From the IMG/VR virus record IMGVR_UViG_3300028844_007948, positions 32,001-96,000 of that record: a stretch of 64,000 nt of DNA. One strand, written 5' to 3'. Made by a program: the position numbers and the translations under genes. Under the pieces are notes generated by a model. The model searched no databases, was not told the origin of the DNA, and worked only from the letters and a program-made list of their open reading frames with translations. Of the stretch, positions 26,629 through 38,400 are shown in pieces (position 1 is the stretch's first letter; every line of letters starts with the position of its first letter). The DNA comes from a virus.

Positions 26629-29600
26629 ATGCCTTTTAACTTATACTGTAATGCTTCTGATACTACCCCAAGATTATTTAGGAGGGAAATAAGGGGAAGT
26701 TTTCAACCATCCGAAGAAGATAAAGAAAAATTACAATCAACAGCATTTATAAAGGCAATGGACCTTTTGTGTGAAGGTCCGATAGAAGGAATAGTAGATG
26801 CAACTGGAAAATTGGCAAAGGGGTCTGATATATTCAAGGGTATATATTTAAACGAAGTCCCTGTACAATTAACAAAAAAAGGCGCTCCGCTTTATAATTT
26901 TAGAAATGTTTCAATAGCTTACAAAAAAGGAACTGAGAGTCAAACCCCTTTTTATACAGAACAAGATGACGATTTTTATTGGTTAAAAGATTTTTCTTAT
27001 ACATCAAAAACCGTACCCGTCGGAGTAAGCTTAGATAACCAAACAATATTAGAGGCAACATCTCAAGCAAAAAAATTAAATGCACAAGCTTCTTATTCTA
27101 TAGTAGATCAAGATGTTGACTATGTAGGTTTAACAATTGGCATAAGCGAATGTTACACAATAGATGAGGACGGACAACATCAAATAAATGAAGGCGGATT
27201 CCAGATATATGGAGACATAACTGGTGTTGTTCACAGAAGCCTTGGAGAAGAGGAAGTGGCAAGAATAGTAGATGATGGAGTTGATGAACAAAATGTAGTC
27301 GTGCATGTAAAAGGGCTATCTTTAAATGCTTACAAAGAAGATATATTTTTTAAACTAAAAGACTCTAAAGATATTGGATCTAGTAGGCCTAGACACATAC
27401 ATATCAAAAACACAACAACTCAATCTTTAAATTTTAGAAATAAATTTTCTGCATCTCTTGATACTGTTACTGAAATAGTAGATGTAAATTTAAGTAATCC
27501 AAATTCAGCAGTTGTAGCCGCAGTCGTAAGTGCAGAGAATTTTTCTGGGCCACCAACGAGATCATACGATGTAAAGTTAAAAAAAGTAAAAGTTCCTAAA
27601 AATTATGTAGACAAACTTGAAGGTCCAGATGGACCAACAAAAATTAGAGCTTATGGCTCTGAATATGGCGCAGCTGGATCAGAAGCTGATAGTGAAAATA
27701 GGCATGAGGGTATTTGGGACGGAACATTTAAAGAAGAATTAGAATGGACCGATAATCCTGCATGGGTACTTTACGATTTAATAACAAACGATAGGTATGG
27801 ATTAGGCGACTACATAAGAGAAGAAGATGTAGATAAATGGGAATTGTATAAGATAGCAAAATATTGTGACGACCTTGTTCCTACATCAAGGCCAGCTAAA
27901 GGCGATGGGTTTATTCAGGAAAGAAGGTTTACATGTAATCTTCTTCTAACCAATGCATCCGATGCATATCAAACTCTAAATGAAATATGCTCTATATTCA
28001 GGGGAATAGCATACTTTAACAATTTAGAGATTTTTGTAGCTATGAATTCCCTAAAGGTGCCTATGGCAACCTTTACCAATGATAATGTAGCAGATGGAAT
28101 ATTTAGATATGGAGGAGCTCCAGAGCATACAAAGTTTACAGCGGTAAAGGTCGCTTATAAAGATAAGACTGATTCATTTTTACCAAAATATGCATACATA
28201 GAAGATGCAGAGGGAATAATAAGATATGGTTTAAGATTAAAATCTTTAGCTGCGGCGGGCTGCACTTCAAGAGACCAAGCTCTAAGAATGGGAAGGTGGA
28301 CATTGCTAACATCTAATTTAGAGGAAGAGACGGTAAGTTTTGCTACAGATAGGCAGGCTGAATACATACAACCTGGACAGGTCTTCACTGTATATGATGA
28401 ATTAAGGCAATCTTTTAGAATAGGCGGAAGGGTAAAAGCTATACAAAGATCAACCGATTCTGTGGAAGGGAATTTTCTTCTGTTAGACCAGCAAATTGAT
28501 ACAGATAAATATGACATGACGTCAATATCTTTTCTTATTCCAAGCAAAGATTATCAGGGAGATGGAAACACCCATCAATTTAAAGAATTTATACATAGGA
28601 ATGGTTATAATATTGGAGCTCAAGACAATGGAGAAAGAAATTTTGAAGTTATACCCCTTCATTCAGAATCCTCAAATAACACTTCTTTACATAATTATAT
28701 AGAAAACACCCCTTCTGGGGCAAAAATCTTAACTGATGAAAATCAGGACTTGTTATTAAAAAGGACAGTATCTGGATCTCATATAAGCAATGAAGCTAGA
28801 TATAAAACTTTTAATGATTACTTACTATCTAGCGATGTTCTTAAGGATCTAAGGAATGGAGAAGATAGAGCTGAAATAACAGATAAGATAAGAGAAGGAG
28901 CTTTATATTTAATACATGGAGTGTCTAAAGACGGAACCGTTTCAGATTTTAAAGGGAAGAATTATCAGTTAATATCCAAACAAGAAAATTCAGATGGAAC
29001 ATTTGCAATTTCAGCATTAGAGTATGATTCTGGAAAATTTGATAAGACAGATGCATTATCAACAATATACACAGAGACAACATATAATTATGACCCTTCA
29101 GAAGGAGGAGATAGCGGGGGTCCAGGCGAAGATGAAGAACCCCCAGAGCAACCTCCCGTGCCTCCACCAACGGAGCCGCCAGTAGTAAACCTTGGATATC
29201 CAAAAATAAATACGGTAGATTTAATAGTTCAAAGTAGTGGGGTTATAAACTCCCAAGGAGAAACAAAGTCAAGAGTATCTTATTATTTTCATAACACACA
29301 AGAGAACAAACCTTACTATAGAAATAATTTATCTGCAGGGTACTATGGTTTTAGAGTTTCTATGATATCTGATAAATATTATGGAAGACTACTCACAGCT
29401 AGAGATAATGGAGAAAAGGTTCTGCAACATGGCCAATATATAGTGTCTGGAGAACAAGACTGCGGTGACTATAGAGTTCTATACGATAACACACAAACAG
29501 CATCGGAATACTACCTTACTCCGAGCGGAAAAGCTGTTCTTGGAGGTCAAGATAATAATTCTGTAGCTATAGCAGAATTTAAATCATCTGAATTTAATCC

Positions 29601-32600
29601 ATTTTTAACTGTTGAAAGACCTAGAGCTGTATATGAATTTGCAGACTTAAAAGCAGAAGGTTGTAACGTTTTTCAAGAAGAATACGAAGACAAAATACTT
29701 ACCGATGTTCTTTCTGGGGAATTTGACCTTCCCGACCCAGAAGCTTATTATGAATTAAGATGGTTTGAGGGAAATTCATTCGGAAAAAGCCCTGAGAAAG
29801 TAATGATATTTAAGGGGGTTAAAGATGTTACACCTCCCGCTGTTCCCACCAACTTCAACGTTTCAATAAATCAACTTTTCCCCAATCAGTTGAATTTTGA
29901 ATGGGATCACCAAGAAGGCAAAGACAGCGATTTAATAGGATTTAGGATATATACTGGGCACGAAGGGGGTGAAGACCCAAATATAAAATTCAGTAAATAC
30001 TCCGATGATATAAATCCAAGAAACTCTTTCCATACTCCCAAACAAGGGTCATCTTTCGCTGAAGTAGTAGGAAAAAATGCAAGATATTTCACTTATGAGG
30101 CTGATACTTCTGACGGAACTCTAAGAAACAATAAAGGGGAGCCTATAGGATTTGGAGATAAAGCAGCTTTTCACATAAGAGCTTTTGACTATTCTGAAAA
30201 TTTAAGCGATGGAGCGAATAGTAATACACTTTCCTTAACTAATGTATCAGCAGCGCCAGATATTTATTTATCTGGAGAAATAGTAGAGGAAGCCGTAGGG
30301 ACAGACAGTTATAGATGGAGCCCAATACTGCATGTTTTTTATTCTGGATCCTATCACACTTTTAAGTCATTCAAAAATTATCATTTAAAAATAAATGACG
30401 AAACATACGGGTTTGGATCTCCTAATTCTTATGTAATACCATTACAGGATGTCAAGCCAGCCCCTGAAAGCTTTGGAGTTCAAGGCTCTGGCTATTACGA
30501 AATAAGATCAGTTCTTCCTGGTGCCACTTATTACGGAGAAATATATGCCGTAATGAATGACGGAAGAGAATCAAGAGAAGGTAATCATACTGCAACTATA
30601 CCACAGGATACATTCCCCCCAGCAAAACTAAACGACTTTAGGGTTTCAAAACAGTTTTCAAATTTTAGATTTTCATGGGATGAACCTGAAGAAAGAGATG
30701 TTGCCAAAATTCTTTTATATACAGGAAGTGGGCATTCTAATTGGGGAGTGCAGTTAAATAAAGAAAGCGAGACAAGTAACTTAACTAACCCTGAGTTCAA
30801 ACCTCAAACAGAACACTTCTTAGTTTCAGATCCTACAGATTTCCCAGCAGCACCGATAGACAAATTCAGAGAAATAGGATCAGAGTCTTGGGAGAAAACC
30901 AAATTCCCATTTCACGCGGTTCCAGTTGACACATCTAACAATACAGGTATGTATAGCAATTATACATATAGATATGTAAATCTAGCTGGACCCGAAGTTC
31001 ATACAAGTGGAGAGGCTCACCCAGACGGTCGTTCATTAATTCATGTTTTTTACTCTGGAATAGGTCAAAATGATGAATCATTTAAATATTACGAAACAGA
31101 GTATCAAGATGTAACATCCAACGACTCTTTCTTAATAAACTCTTATTCTGATTCAAAAAAATCTAGCCTAGATCATTCTTTGATCGGAAAAGGTTCGGGG
31201 CATTTTAGCTTTGAGGCTTTAGGCACTCATTTATATGAAGTAAGAACTAGAGTTATATTCGACTCTTTTGAATCAAATTTTTCTGATGATGTTAGATTAA
31301 GCAATTATGAATATGGAATAACCTCTGATTTTATATATGCTCCGCCAGATAGAATACCTCCTGGAAGACCAGAATGGATAGCGGCTCAAAAAAATGGACC
31401 TAATGTATTTTTATCTTGGGATAATCCGCCAGACAGAGATTTAAAATCAATACTTCTTTATACTGGATATCAAAACTTTACAGGCGAAAAAGATGGAACA
31501 TATTTACATCAGAATACATTGACTAATGTCGATTTAATAGCTTTAAAAAACTTTAGAAAAAATTCAGAAAATGATTTATATTTTTGGTTAAGAGCTGTAG
31601 ACACCTCAAATAATACTGGAGAATGGAGCATAGGGAACACAGCCATAGGAAATCCAGATCAAATAGATCCTTTTGGAAAACCTTATAATAGTGGGCAAAG
31701 AATTGGAATCGGTTTACCAGAACCTCTTCATAGAGAGCATATAATAGCTACTACAGGAATAGAAACAGATGAAAAGGGAGATGGTACATCAAAACCTTTT
31801 ATATCTTATATGATAACTGGTCATCTTGATTACCAAAGAGCTTATTATAAAGTAGACCTATCAAGAAAAAATAATTATTCAATACTAAAAGGAACACAGA
31901 ATATTGATATAGAACACGGCCCAAGAACTAATACAATGACGGGCAGTGGAATATTTACAGATTTAATAGCTAACGAAGACTATTATTTAAGAGCTAGATT
32001 TCAAGAATTTGACGGAAGAGTTAGTGCATATACTGATTGCATACAAAACCCAATAAAAACACCAAAAGATACTACACCACCAAAAAACCCAACAAATTTT
32101 GTAATAGTATCTGGCCCAAAACAAAATATTATAAACTGGAAATGGGAAGGTGGGGTTTCAAAAGATTTAGCATCTTTATTAGTTTATAAAACAGGAATAC
32201 CAACAGGAAGAATAAGCAAAAAATCTTCAGAGGATAATTGCTGGGCTTCTGCTCATATAAGCGGGTATTTTCAAAAAAATATAGACGAATATGCTTTTCA
32301 GTTAGCTCCATCCACATCGTTTATTGATAACGATGTAGTCACTGGATTAAATTATAATTGGGGCTTGCCTGGAAATGTTAATGGAAAATACGAAAGGCCT
32401 TTAAATAATGTTTATTATCATTATTTTATTAAAACTATAGATAGGTCGGGCAATACTGGCATTGGATTTGTATCTGGAGTTTCTCAGGACACCCATACCT
32501 CATATCCAATCAACCCATCTAAAACAGTTCACTCATCTTTTGCTAATGATAGTTATGCACAAACACCGCACAATCAAGGTTATGTAACTGGGGGGGCAAT

Positions 32601-35256
32601 CAGTGCAAGCTACATTTCAAATGTATATGCTGGAGATATAATATCATCTAAAATCACATCTACTGATTTTATTTTAGCTCACCCAAGCGGCAGGATATTA
32701 AGCGATTCGGTTCATACTCTTGGACCCTCATACGGACCTAATCCTGGGCCAAATGTGCATGAGTATGACTACTTGGCTGGACCTGGATTATATATGGATC
32801 ATAAAATGTTCAGAATCGGTGACCCTGATGGATTTGGAATGTTTTGGACTGGAGAAAAACTTGTAGACGGATCATTTAAGCAGCCGACCTTTAGGCATGA
32901 TCCTGATGGATGGCATGCTATAGATATAGACCCTAATACTCTTGAAATCAGGGGCAATCTAACTGCTGGAACTATACAGATAGGAGCTAATCAACAAGCA
33001 GCATTAGATGTAGACCAATATGGAAATTTAAGCATAGGAGATCAAAGAAAAAACATTAGAGGTTTCTTTACTGGAGCATTAGGTTACAGTGGTATCTTAC
33101 ATGACGAATTGGGTCAACAAGAGCCCGCTTCAATACTCCCAGCGAACATCAATGATGCTGGTAAAGCATATGTTCAACTAAATCTAGATGACTATGAAAA
33201 CTATGAACTATCTGACCTTGCTGGAGGAGGGATGTTCATAGAAATGCACTGGACTAGAGATGGAGGAAAATACCACGGAATAGAAACCAGACAAGTATTA
33301 GATATCAACTTAAGGCAAGACAGGGATTACGAACAAGGATTCGGCAAGGTCAGATTAGGGGGGGCAGCAGGCTCGTTTGACGGAGTTAGTCTTACAACCA
33401 GATATGGAAATACATATGGATTAAAAGGGGTAACAACAACAGGAGCATTAATATATTGGGATAAACCCGAACATAAAAACCATGCCTTATATCAACAGCC
33501 AAAAGATAGAGATTGGTTTCAAATACATAATGCAAAATTCAAAGTTCTTAATGATGGATCTGTTTTTGCAGATAGTGCTCAAATAGGTGGAGTTGTTACG
33601 GCTGACTCTTTTCAGGCTGGCAATAATATAACACTGGGAGACGAAGAAAACAAGTACAATACATTAATATCTAGTTATGGATTTATAGATGATTTGCCCT
33701 GTAAAGACACAGCTCAAGATGGAAGAGGATGGGGGATAAGGGGAGATGGTCATGCAGTATTTAAAAGTATAGATATTAGGTCGGGAATAATTAGTGGTGT
33801 TTCTTTTGCAGCTGGAGATTGTGATAGTAGAGATCATTTTAGGGTAAATACAAGAGGGGATATATCTGTAGGGCCAAGCAATTACTATGCAAAAAATAAT
33901 TTTTATGTTACAAGGCACGGAGAACTTCATGCTACTGATGCATTCTTTTCTGGAGATGTTACTATAACTGGAACATTAGATGTAGGAGAAGGCCTCCAGA
34001 TAGCAACAGACATAAGAGGACATAAAGACGGAGACCCAGCCACATTTCATGCCGAAGGTACTAAAGGTATTTTAATAACGAAAGATGATATTAGGTCAAC
34101 TAATTATAATGATGCCAACTTTACACTACCTTCTATGGTTGGACATGGTAGACCGCAAAATAGAGGATGGAAAATTACCAATGATGGGAATGCTGTATTT
34201 TTTGGAGCATATGTAACTGGAGGTTTTTTAAGCGGAAATAGCATAATAGCTGGAGAAGGAACCTCTGAAAACCCTTATTTTAAAATAAGTTCAGATGGTG
34301 AAATGCAGGTCGGGGGTTTTGGCCCAGGTGTCACAGCCACTTCGGCACCAAAATCTGGCCAAGGACTTTTTATAAATAGAAAAGGTGCCCTTTATGCTCA
34401 AGATGCATACATAAGAGGTAATATAACAGGAGATGCGGGAAAGATAGGGTCTTTATATCTAGCAAGGAATTACTTAGCTACATACGATCATAGCACAGAA
34501 GGCAGAAATACTAGAAGCTCTCACAAATGGCAGGAAGGAAAAACAGGTCTATATCTAGGTAAGAATGGAGATTTTTCTATATCAAATAAAGAAGGTTTAA
34601 TTTTTGCATATGATCCAGATCATAATTCTAGTTATGTTACAATTACTGGTATTGCGTCAAGTAGTAATAGACAAAGTGAAATGGCTGATCTGACAAATCA
34701 AAATAGTCAAATACCATGGAAAGGCGACGGAAAAGGTAGGGGGTTTGTTTTTGCTGGTGATGGAGATAGTTGGCTAGCTAATTTTTCAACAGACCCTTAT
34801 AGTGCATCTGGAATAGCTGGGTTAGTAGAAACTCAAATAAATGGAGATATACAAAGCCCAGAACAAAATAAAAAATACACAGTAATGGCAAAGTCTCCAA
34901 TAGGGTATGATGTTTTAGGAATATACATGGAAACAGATGCGGGCACAGCAACAGTACAATGGAGTAAAAATGCAACAAATGTAGGTCAAAGATCTGTATT
35001 AGGATTGGAGCGAAATGGAGCGGGTTATGTAAATATGTCTGTAGATACAAATGGATCATATCATGATTTTATAGGAAAAAGATACAAGCATGGAACCGAT
35101 AGTTATGTAGCTGTGGTAGGATCTGCCGCTAATGTAATTAATCCAGATAATGCGGATTGTTATATAGTATGTACTCCAACCGCTGTAGCTGGAGCAACCT
35201 CATTAAGGTTTAGGATAGACTTAAAAAGGAATGGAAATTTAGACGGGAAAAACTAA
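26629..35256 (+). CDS. Lambda gpJ-like central tail tip/host specificity protein (2875 aa)
   Basis: DLLCEGPIEG, WDGTFK..WTDNPAWVLYDLITNDRYGLG, RRFTCN and GCTSRDQA motifs. Several FN3-like units (DxxPPxxP...W...RAxDxSxN). C-terminal beta-repeat fibre. Confidence 0.92.
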   Translation: MPFNLYCNASDTTPRLFRREIRGSFQPSEEDKEKLQSTAFIKAMDLLCEGPIEGIVDATGKLAKGSDIFKGIYLNEVPVQLTKKGAPLYNFRNVSIAYKKGTESQTPFYTEQDDDFYWLKDFSYTSKTVPVGVSLDNQTILEATSQAKKLNAQASYSIVDQDVDYVGLTIGISECYTIDEDGQHQINEGGFQIYGDITGVVHRSLGEEEVARIVDDGVDEQNVVVHVKGLSLNAYKEDIFFKLKDSKDIGSSRPRHIHIKNTTTQSLNFRNKFSASLDTVTEIVDVNLSNPNSAVVAAVVSAENFSGPPTRSYDVKLKKVKVPKNYVDKLEGPDGPTKIRAYGSEYGAAGSEADSENRHEGIWDGTFKEELEWTDNPAWVLYDLITNDRYGLGDYIREEDVDKWELYKIAKYCDDLVPTSRPAKGDGFIQERRFTCNLLLTNASDAYQTLNEICSIFRGIAYFNNLEIFVAMNSLKVPMATFTNDNVADGIFRYGGAPEHTKFTAVKVAYKDKTDSFLPKYAYIEDAEGIIRYGLRLKSLAAAGCTSRDQALRMGRWTLLTSNLEEETVSFATDRQAEYIQPGQVFTVYDELRQSFRIGGRVKAIQRSTDSVEGNFLLLDQQIDTDKYDMTSISFLIPSKDYQGDGNTHQFKEFIHRNGYNIGAQDNGERNFEVIPLHSESSNNTSLHNYIENTPSGAKILTDENQDLLLKRTVSGSHISNEARYKTFNDYLLSSDVLKDLRNGEDRAEITDKIREGALYLIHGVSKDGTVSDFKGKNYQLISKQENSDGTFAISALEYDSGKFDKTDALSTIYTETTYNYDPSEGGDSGGPGEDEEPPEQPPVPPPTEPPVVNLGYPKINTVDLIVQSSGVINSQGETKSRVSYYFHNTQENKPYYRNNLSAGYYGFRVSMISDKYYGRLLTARDNGEKVLQHGQYIVSGEQDCGDYRVLYDNTQTASEYYLTPSGKAVLGGQDNNSVAIAEFKSSEFNPFLTVERPRAVYEFADLKAEGCNVFQEEYEDKILTDVLSGEFDLPDPEAYYELRWFEGNSFGKSPEKVMIFKGVKDVTPPAVPTNFNVSINQLFPNQLNFEWDHQEGKDSDLIGFRIYTGHEGGEDPNIKFSKYSDDINPRNSFHTPKQGSSFAEVVGKNARYFTYEADTSDGTLRNNKGEPIGFGDKAAFHIRAFDYSENLSDGANSNTLSLTNVSAAPDIYLSGEIVEEAVGTDSYRWSPILHVFYSGSYHTFKSFKNYHLKINDETYGFGSPNSYVIPLQDVKPAPESFGVQGSGYYEIRSVLPGATYYGEIYAVMNDGRESREGNHTATIPQDTFPPAKLNDFRVSKQFSNFRFSWDEPEERDVAKILLYTGSGHSNWGVQLNKESETSNLTNPEFKPQTEHFLVSDPTDFPAAPIDKFREIGSESWEKTKFPFHAVPVDTSNNTGMYSNYTYRYVNLAGPEVHTSGEAHPDGRSLIHVFYSGIGQNDESFKYYETEYQDVTSNDSFLINSYSDSKKSSLDHSLIGKGSGHFSFEALGTHLYEVRTRVIFDSFESNFSDDVRLSNYEYGITSDFIYAPPDRIPPGRPEWIAAQKNGPNVFLSWDNPPDRDLKSILLYTGYQNFTGEKDGTYLHQNTLTNVDLIALKNFRKNSENDLYFWLRAVDTSNNTGEWSIGNTAIGNPDQIDPFGKPYNSGQRIGIGLPEPLHREHIIATTGIETDEKGDGTSKPFISYMITGHLDYQRAYYKVDLSRKNNYSILKGTQNIDIEHGPRTNTMTGSGIFTDLIANEDYYLRARFQEFDGRVSAYTDCIQNPIKTPKDTTPPKNPTNFVIVSGPKQNIINWKWEGGVSKDLASLLVYKTGIPTGRISKKSSEDNCWASAHISGYFQKNIDEYAFQLAPSTSFIDNDVVTGLNYNWGLPGNVNGKYERPLNNVYYHYFIKTIDRSGNTGIGFVSGVSQDTHTSYPINPSKTVHSSFANDSYAQTPHNQGYVTGGAISASYISNVYAGDIISSKITSTDFILAHPSGRILSDSVHTLGPSYGPNPGPNVHEYDYLAGPGLYMDHKMFRIGDPDGFGMFWTGEKLVDGSFKQPTFRHDPDGWHAIDIDPNTLEIRGNLTAGTIQIGANQQAALDVDQYGNLSIGDQRKNIRGFFTGALGYSGILHDELGQQEPASILPANINDAGKAYVQLNLDDYENYELSDLAGGGMFIEMHWTRDGGKYHGIETRQVLDINLRQDRDYEQGFGKVRLGGAAGSFDGVSLTTRYGNTYGLKGVTTTGALIYWDKPEHKNHALYQQPKDRDWFQIHNAKFKVLNDGSVFADSAQIGGVVTADSFQAGNNITLGDEENKYNTLISSYGFIDDLPCKDTAQDGRGWGIRGDGHAVFKSIDIRSGIISGVSFAAGDCDSRDHFRVNTRGDISVGPSNYYAKNNFYVTRHGELHATDAFFSGDVTITGTLDVGEGLQIATDIRGHKDGDPATFHAEGTKGILITKDDIRSTNYNDANFTLPSMVGHGRPQNRGWKITNDGNAVFFGAYVTGGFLSGNSIIAGEGTSENPYFKISSDGEMQVGGFGPGVTATSAPKSGQGLFINRKGALYAQDAYIRGNITGDAGKIGSLYLARNYLATYDHSTEGRNTRSSHKWQEGKTGLYLGKNGDFSISNKEGLIFAYDPDHNSSYVTITGIASSSNRQSEMADLTNQNSQIPWKGDGKGRGFVFAGDGDSWLANFSTDPYSASGIAGLVETQINGDIQSPEQNKKYTVMAKSPIGYDVLGIYMETDAGTATVQWSKNATNVGQRSVLGLERNGAGYVNMSVDTNGSYHDFIGKRYKHGTDSYVAVVGSAANVINPDNADCYIVCTPTAVAGATSLRFRIDLKRNGNLDGKN

Positions 35257-35264
35257 TATAATAT

Positions 35265-35429
35265 ATGAATATTAGAGAGTTAGATGCCTTAAACATAAAA
35301 GCCATGCTTTGTGACATTTTATTAGAAAAAGAACAATTAGAAAAAAATATAAATATATTAAAGGGAGAGCTGGAAAGAAGGGAAAATGACAGACAGGTAA
35401 AAGTACAAAATGGTGAAGGGGGAAAGTGA
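35265..35429 (+). CDS. Small coiled-coil protein (54 aa, not in ORF track), possible fibre chaperone
   Basis: MNIRELDALNIKAMLCDILLEKEQLEKNINILKGELERRENDRQVKVQNGEGGK fills the gap between gpJ and the next gene. Heptad pattern. Confidence 0.65.
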   Translation: MNIRELDALNIKAMLCDILLEKEQLEKNINILKGELERRENDRQVKVQNGEGGK

Positions 35430-35435
35430 TAAATT

Positions 35436-38400
35436 GTGCCATTCGATCAAATTTATTGGAATCATTACGGGGGTGGAAACTTTGCTGATAAAGGTTTCTT
35501 TGATGTTAGCGAATCGCAAGATGTAAGATTCGGAGTAACTGCAACAAGCGACAGTCATTCAACTTTTTCTTTTTACGGCAAAAGGCGAGATAAGGTTGGG
35601 TCTTTTTGGGATCTTCTATACAGAGATCCAAATTTCCCATTCAACGCTCATTCATTTGGAAATGCAAATGGAAACAATGGAATAGGAGATGGTGGGTTTT
35701 GGGATGAACCAGACGATCCCCCTCAGCCCACAGCCAACAATGGTAATACAAAAAATGCATGTGAAGAAAGTAAAGGATGGACAGACAGTGGGTTTAATGG
35801 AGTATGCAAACCAGCAAGAGAATGGCATGTAGGTATAACCGAATCGATGGTTTACAGTTGGCCTGGAATAGAAGATAGATGTTATACTAATTTTAACGTC
35901 AATGATATAAAAAAAACAGGAAACTCAGGAAATAATATCGAGGGCGTTTATGAAAATCCGACTGAAGATAATTTATTCCAATCCCAAAATAGAGAAAGCT
36001 GCCATAATATATCAAACACATCAAGAGTAAAAGATGCCCAAAACACTTTTATAGGAATACATAAAGACTATCCTCTGACAGTAACAGCGACTCAATCCAT
36101 GAGGGGGTACTATTTAATATTAAAAAGAAAGAGGTTTACTTACAATGAATATAAAAGTAAACACACCAAGCAATATGGAGGTAATAGTTCTAGCCCGCAC
36201 TGGCAAAAAGGGGGCAATATAAAATTAAGTAATACCGATTCCAGACAAGGTAATTTTTTAAGATTAAATGTCGCAGTAGATACAGACAGAGAAAATCCAT
36301 GGATAGATAAACCATATGATTCGACAGAAGAAATGGCTACCGACAACATAACTGGAATATTATGTTCTCCATTAGGAGCTCCTTTATCAACAACTAGAGA
36401 TTATGAAGAAATTTATAATTGGGGAGGTGGTTATAATTGGAGAGCAGCAGGCGAATCTGGATTATCTGGAAGAACTGTAGAAGATGATTTATTGGGTGTT
36501 TTTCGGGATTATGTTCCTTGGGCTGGGATTTTTCCAATTCCTTTAGACGATCAAGATAAAGAAATAAACGGCTGGATCTATGATTGGACTGTATACATTG
36601 TAAACATTGCATTATGGAAAACATATAAACCAAATGCAGCTTCAGAAACCGCTGCAGCGAAAACCTTATATGATAGCGCGCAAGCAACTACAAATGCACA
36701 GTGGATATCCTATCAGGCTTTACAAGACGATGCCGAAGCAAAAGAAGCAGAATATGATAGGCTTAAAGCTATTGCAGACGATGCTTTCCAAGACGCTGAA
36801 GATGCCCAGACCGCCTTAAATACTGCAAATACTGCAGAATCTAATGCATGGGATGCTTATATCGGCAGATTCAATAGTTATACTCCAGTAACTAATTCCA
36901 CATTCGAACTTAGTGAGTATTTCGAATGGGACTCATCGATTCTTGGAACAACTTTATACAACGAAAAGGTGGCTGAAGATGTCTATGCAGAATGGTATGA
37001 TTGGTGTGCAGAATATGCAGGCTATACGGATGATACTGGTTATACCTGGACGGCTAATGATTCTATTGGTTATAAATGCGCTAATGGTACAGACAATGGA
37101 AATGATTTATGGGGTGCTTATAATGACATGGTTTGGTGGCAAAATCTTGCGGATAGTGAATTAGTAGCGGTAAATGCACTAGGTGCTGCGCACACTGCAT
37201 CCGAAGCCGTTGTAGCCGATGCAGTAGCGGCTCAAGTAGCTGCTGCCGCAGCCAGCGATGCTGCGAATGAAGATTCAAATGCGGCTGCAGATGCTTCAGA
37301 TGCAGCACAGCTACTTCCTGCTCCAGCATACACAGAGTGGCAGAGGTTGGACGGAATTTCTGCTGACCTGTATGAAGATTATATAATAGCTGAAACCTAT
37401 GAATCAAGAGTTGACGAACAAATTGCAGCATGGGAAACAGAAGAGGCTAAATATCCAAATAATGCTAATTCTTCCATGAGGGATAGAATAAAAAATCCAA
37501 CATTTTACACGTCAACAAGATTAAATTGGAGATTACCTCAATTTACAAACGATACAGGGGAAATAGATACGGAATTAGATGTTATAGCTCCAACTGGAGA
37601 AGATCATGATGGATCTGTCAAGGTGATGGATGCAGTAATACATCCAACTTTTGTGCCAAGAGAAAGGGCCGAAACGGGCTCTGTATACATAAAAAGCATA
37701 ACAATTAAAAAGAATAATCAGGTGTTAAGGCCAGCTCAGGATAGTATTGGAACTTATATACAAGTTCCAAGTCAAGAAATATACACAGACAGAAGTTCTA
37801 CTATAAAAGCATCAGGAAGTAAAGATCAAAAATGGGTAACTTTTACAAATTTATACAATAATAAAACGGATATAATTCACAGATATATATCTGATACTTT
37901 TTATATAAAATTTCCATCTGGAGATTGGTATGAAATAGCATCCGTAGAAAACGCTGGTAATAAAATTCAATTAACAGAAAATTTAAAAGAAACTTTATCT
38001 TCTTCAAATTTTATACTTTATATACCTAGAGGATCTCCTAATGTTAACTATACATGGGGACATTATGACTTGACGGAATTCGATAAAGATACGTATGAAG
38101 AATTAGTAGATAAGTCAAAAAAGCACATGTGGCATAAAGATGATAATCTAGAAGAAATACCTGAAGAACTGATAGACCCGCAGGGTAATTACGGTTTTAC
38201 AGATGATGAAAAAGCTGCTTTGATGCATGTTATAAATGATAGTACAGCAATATTAGTTAGAGATTTATTTACAAACACATCGGTAGACCCAGATAGAGAT
38301 ACCCTTGATACATTATATGCAAGCCCAACAATGGGCCTGGAAACAGGACATACTGGTAAAGCAACCAGACATCCATATTTTTCTAACGAACTATCGGAAA

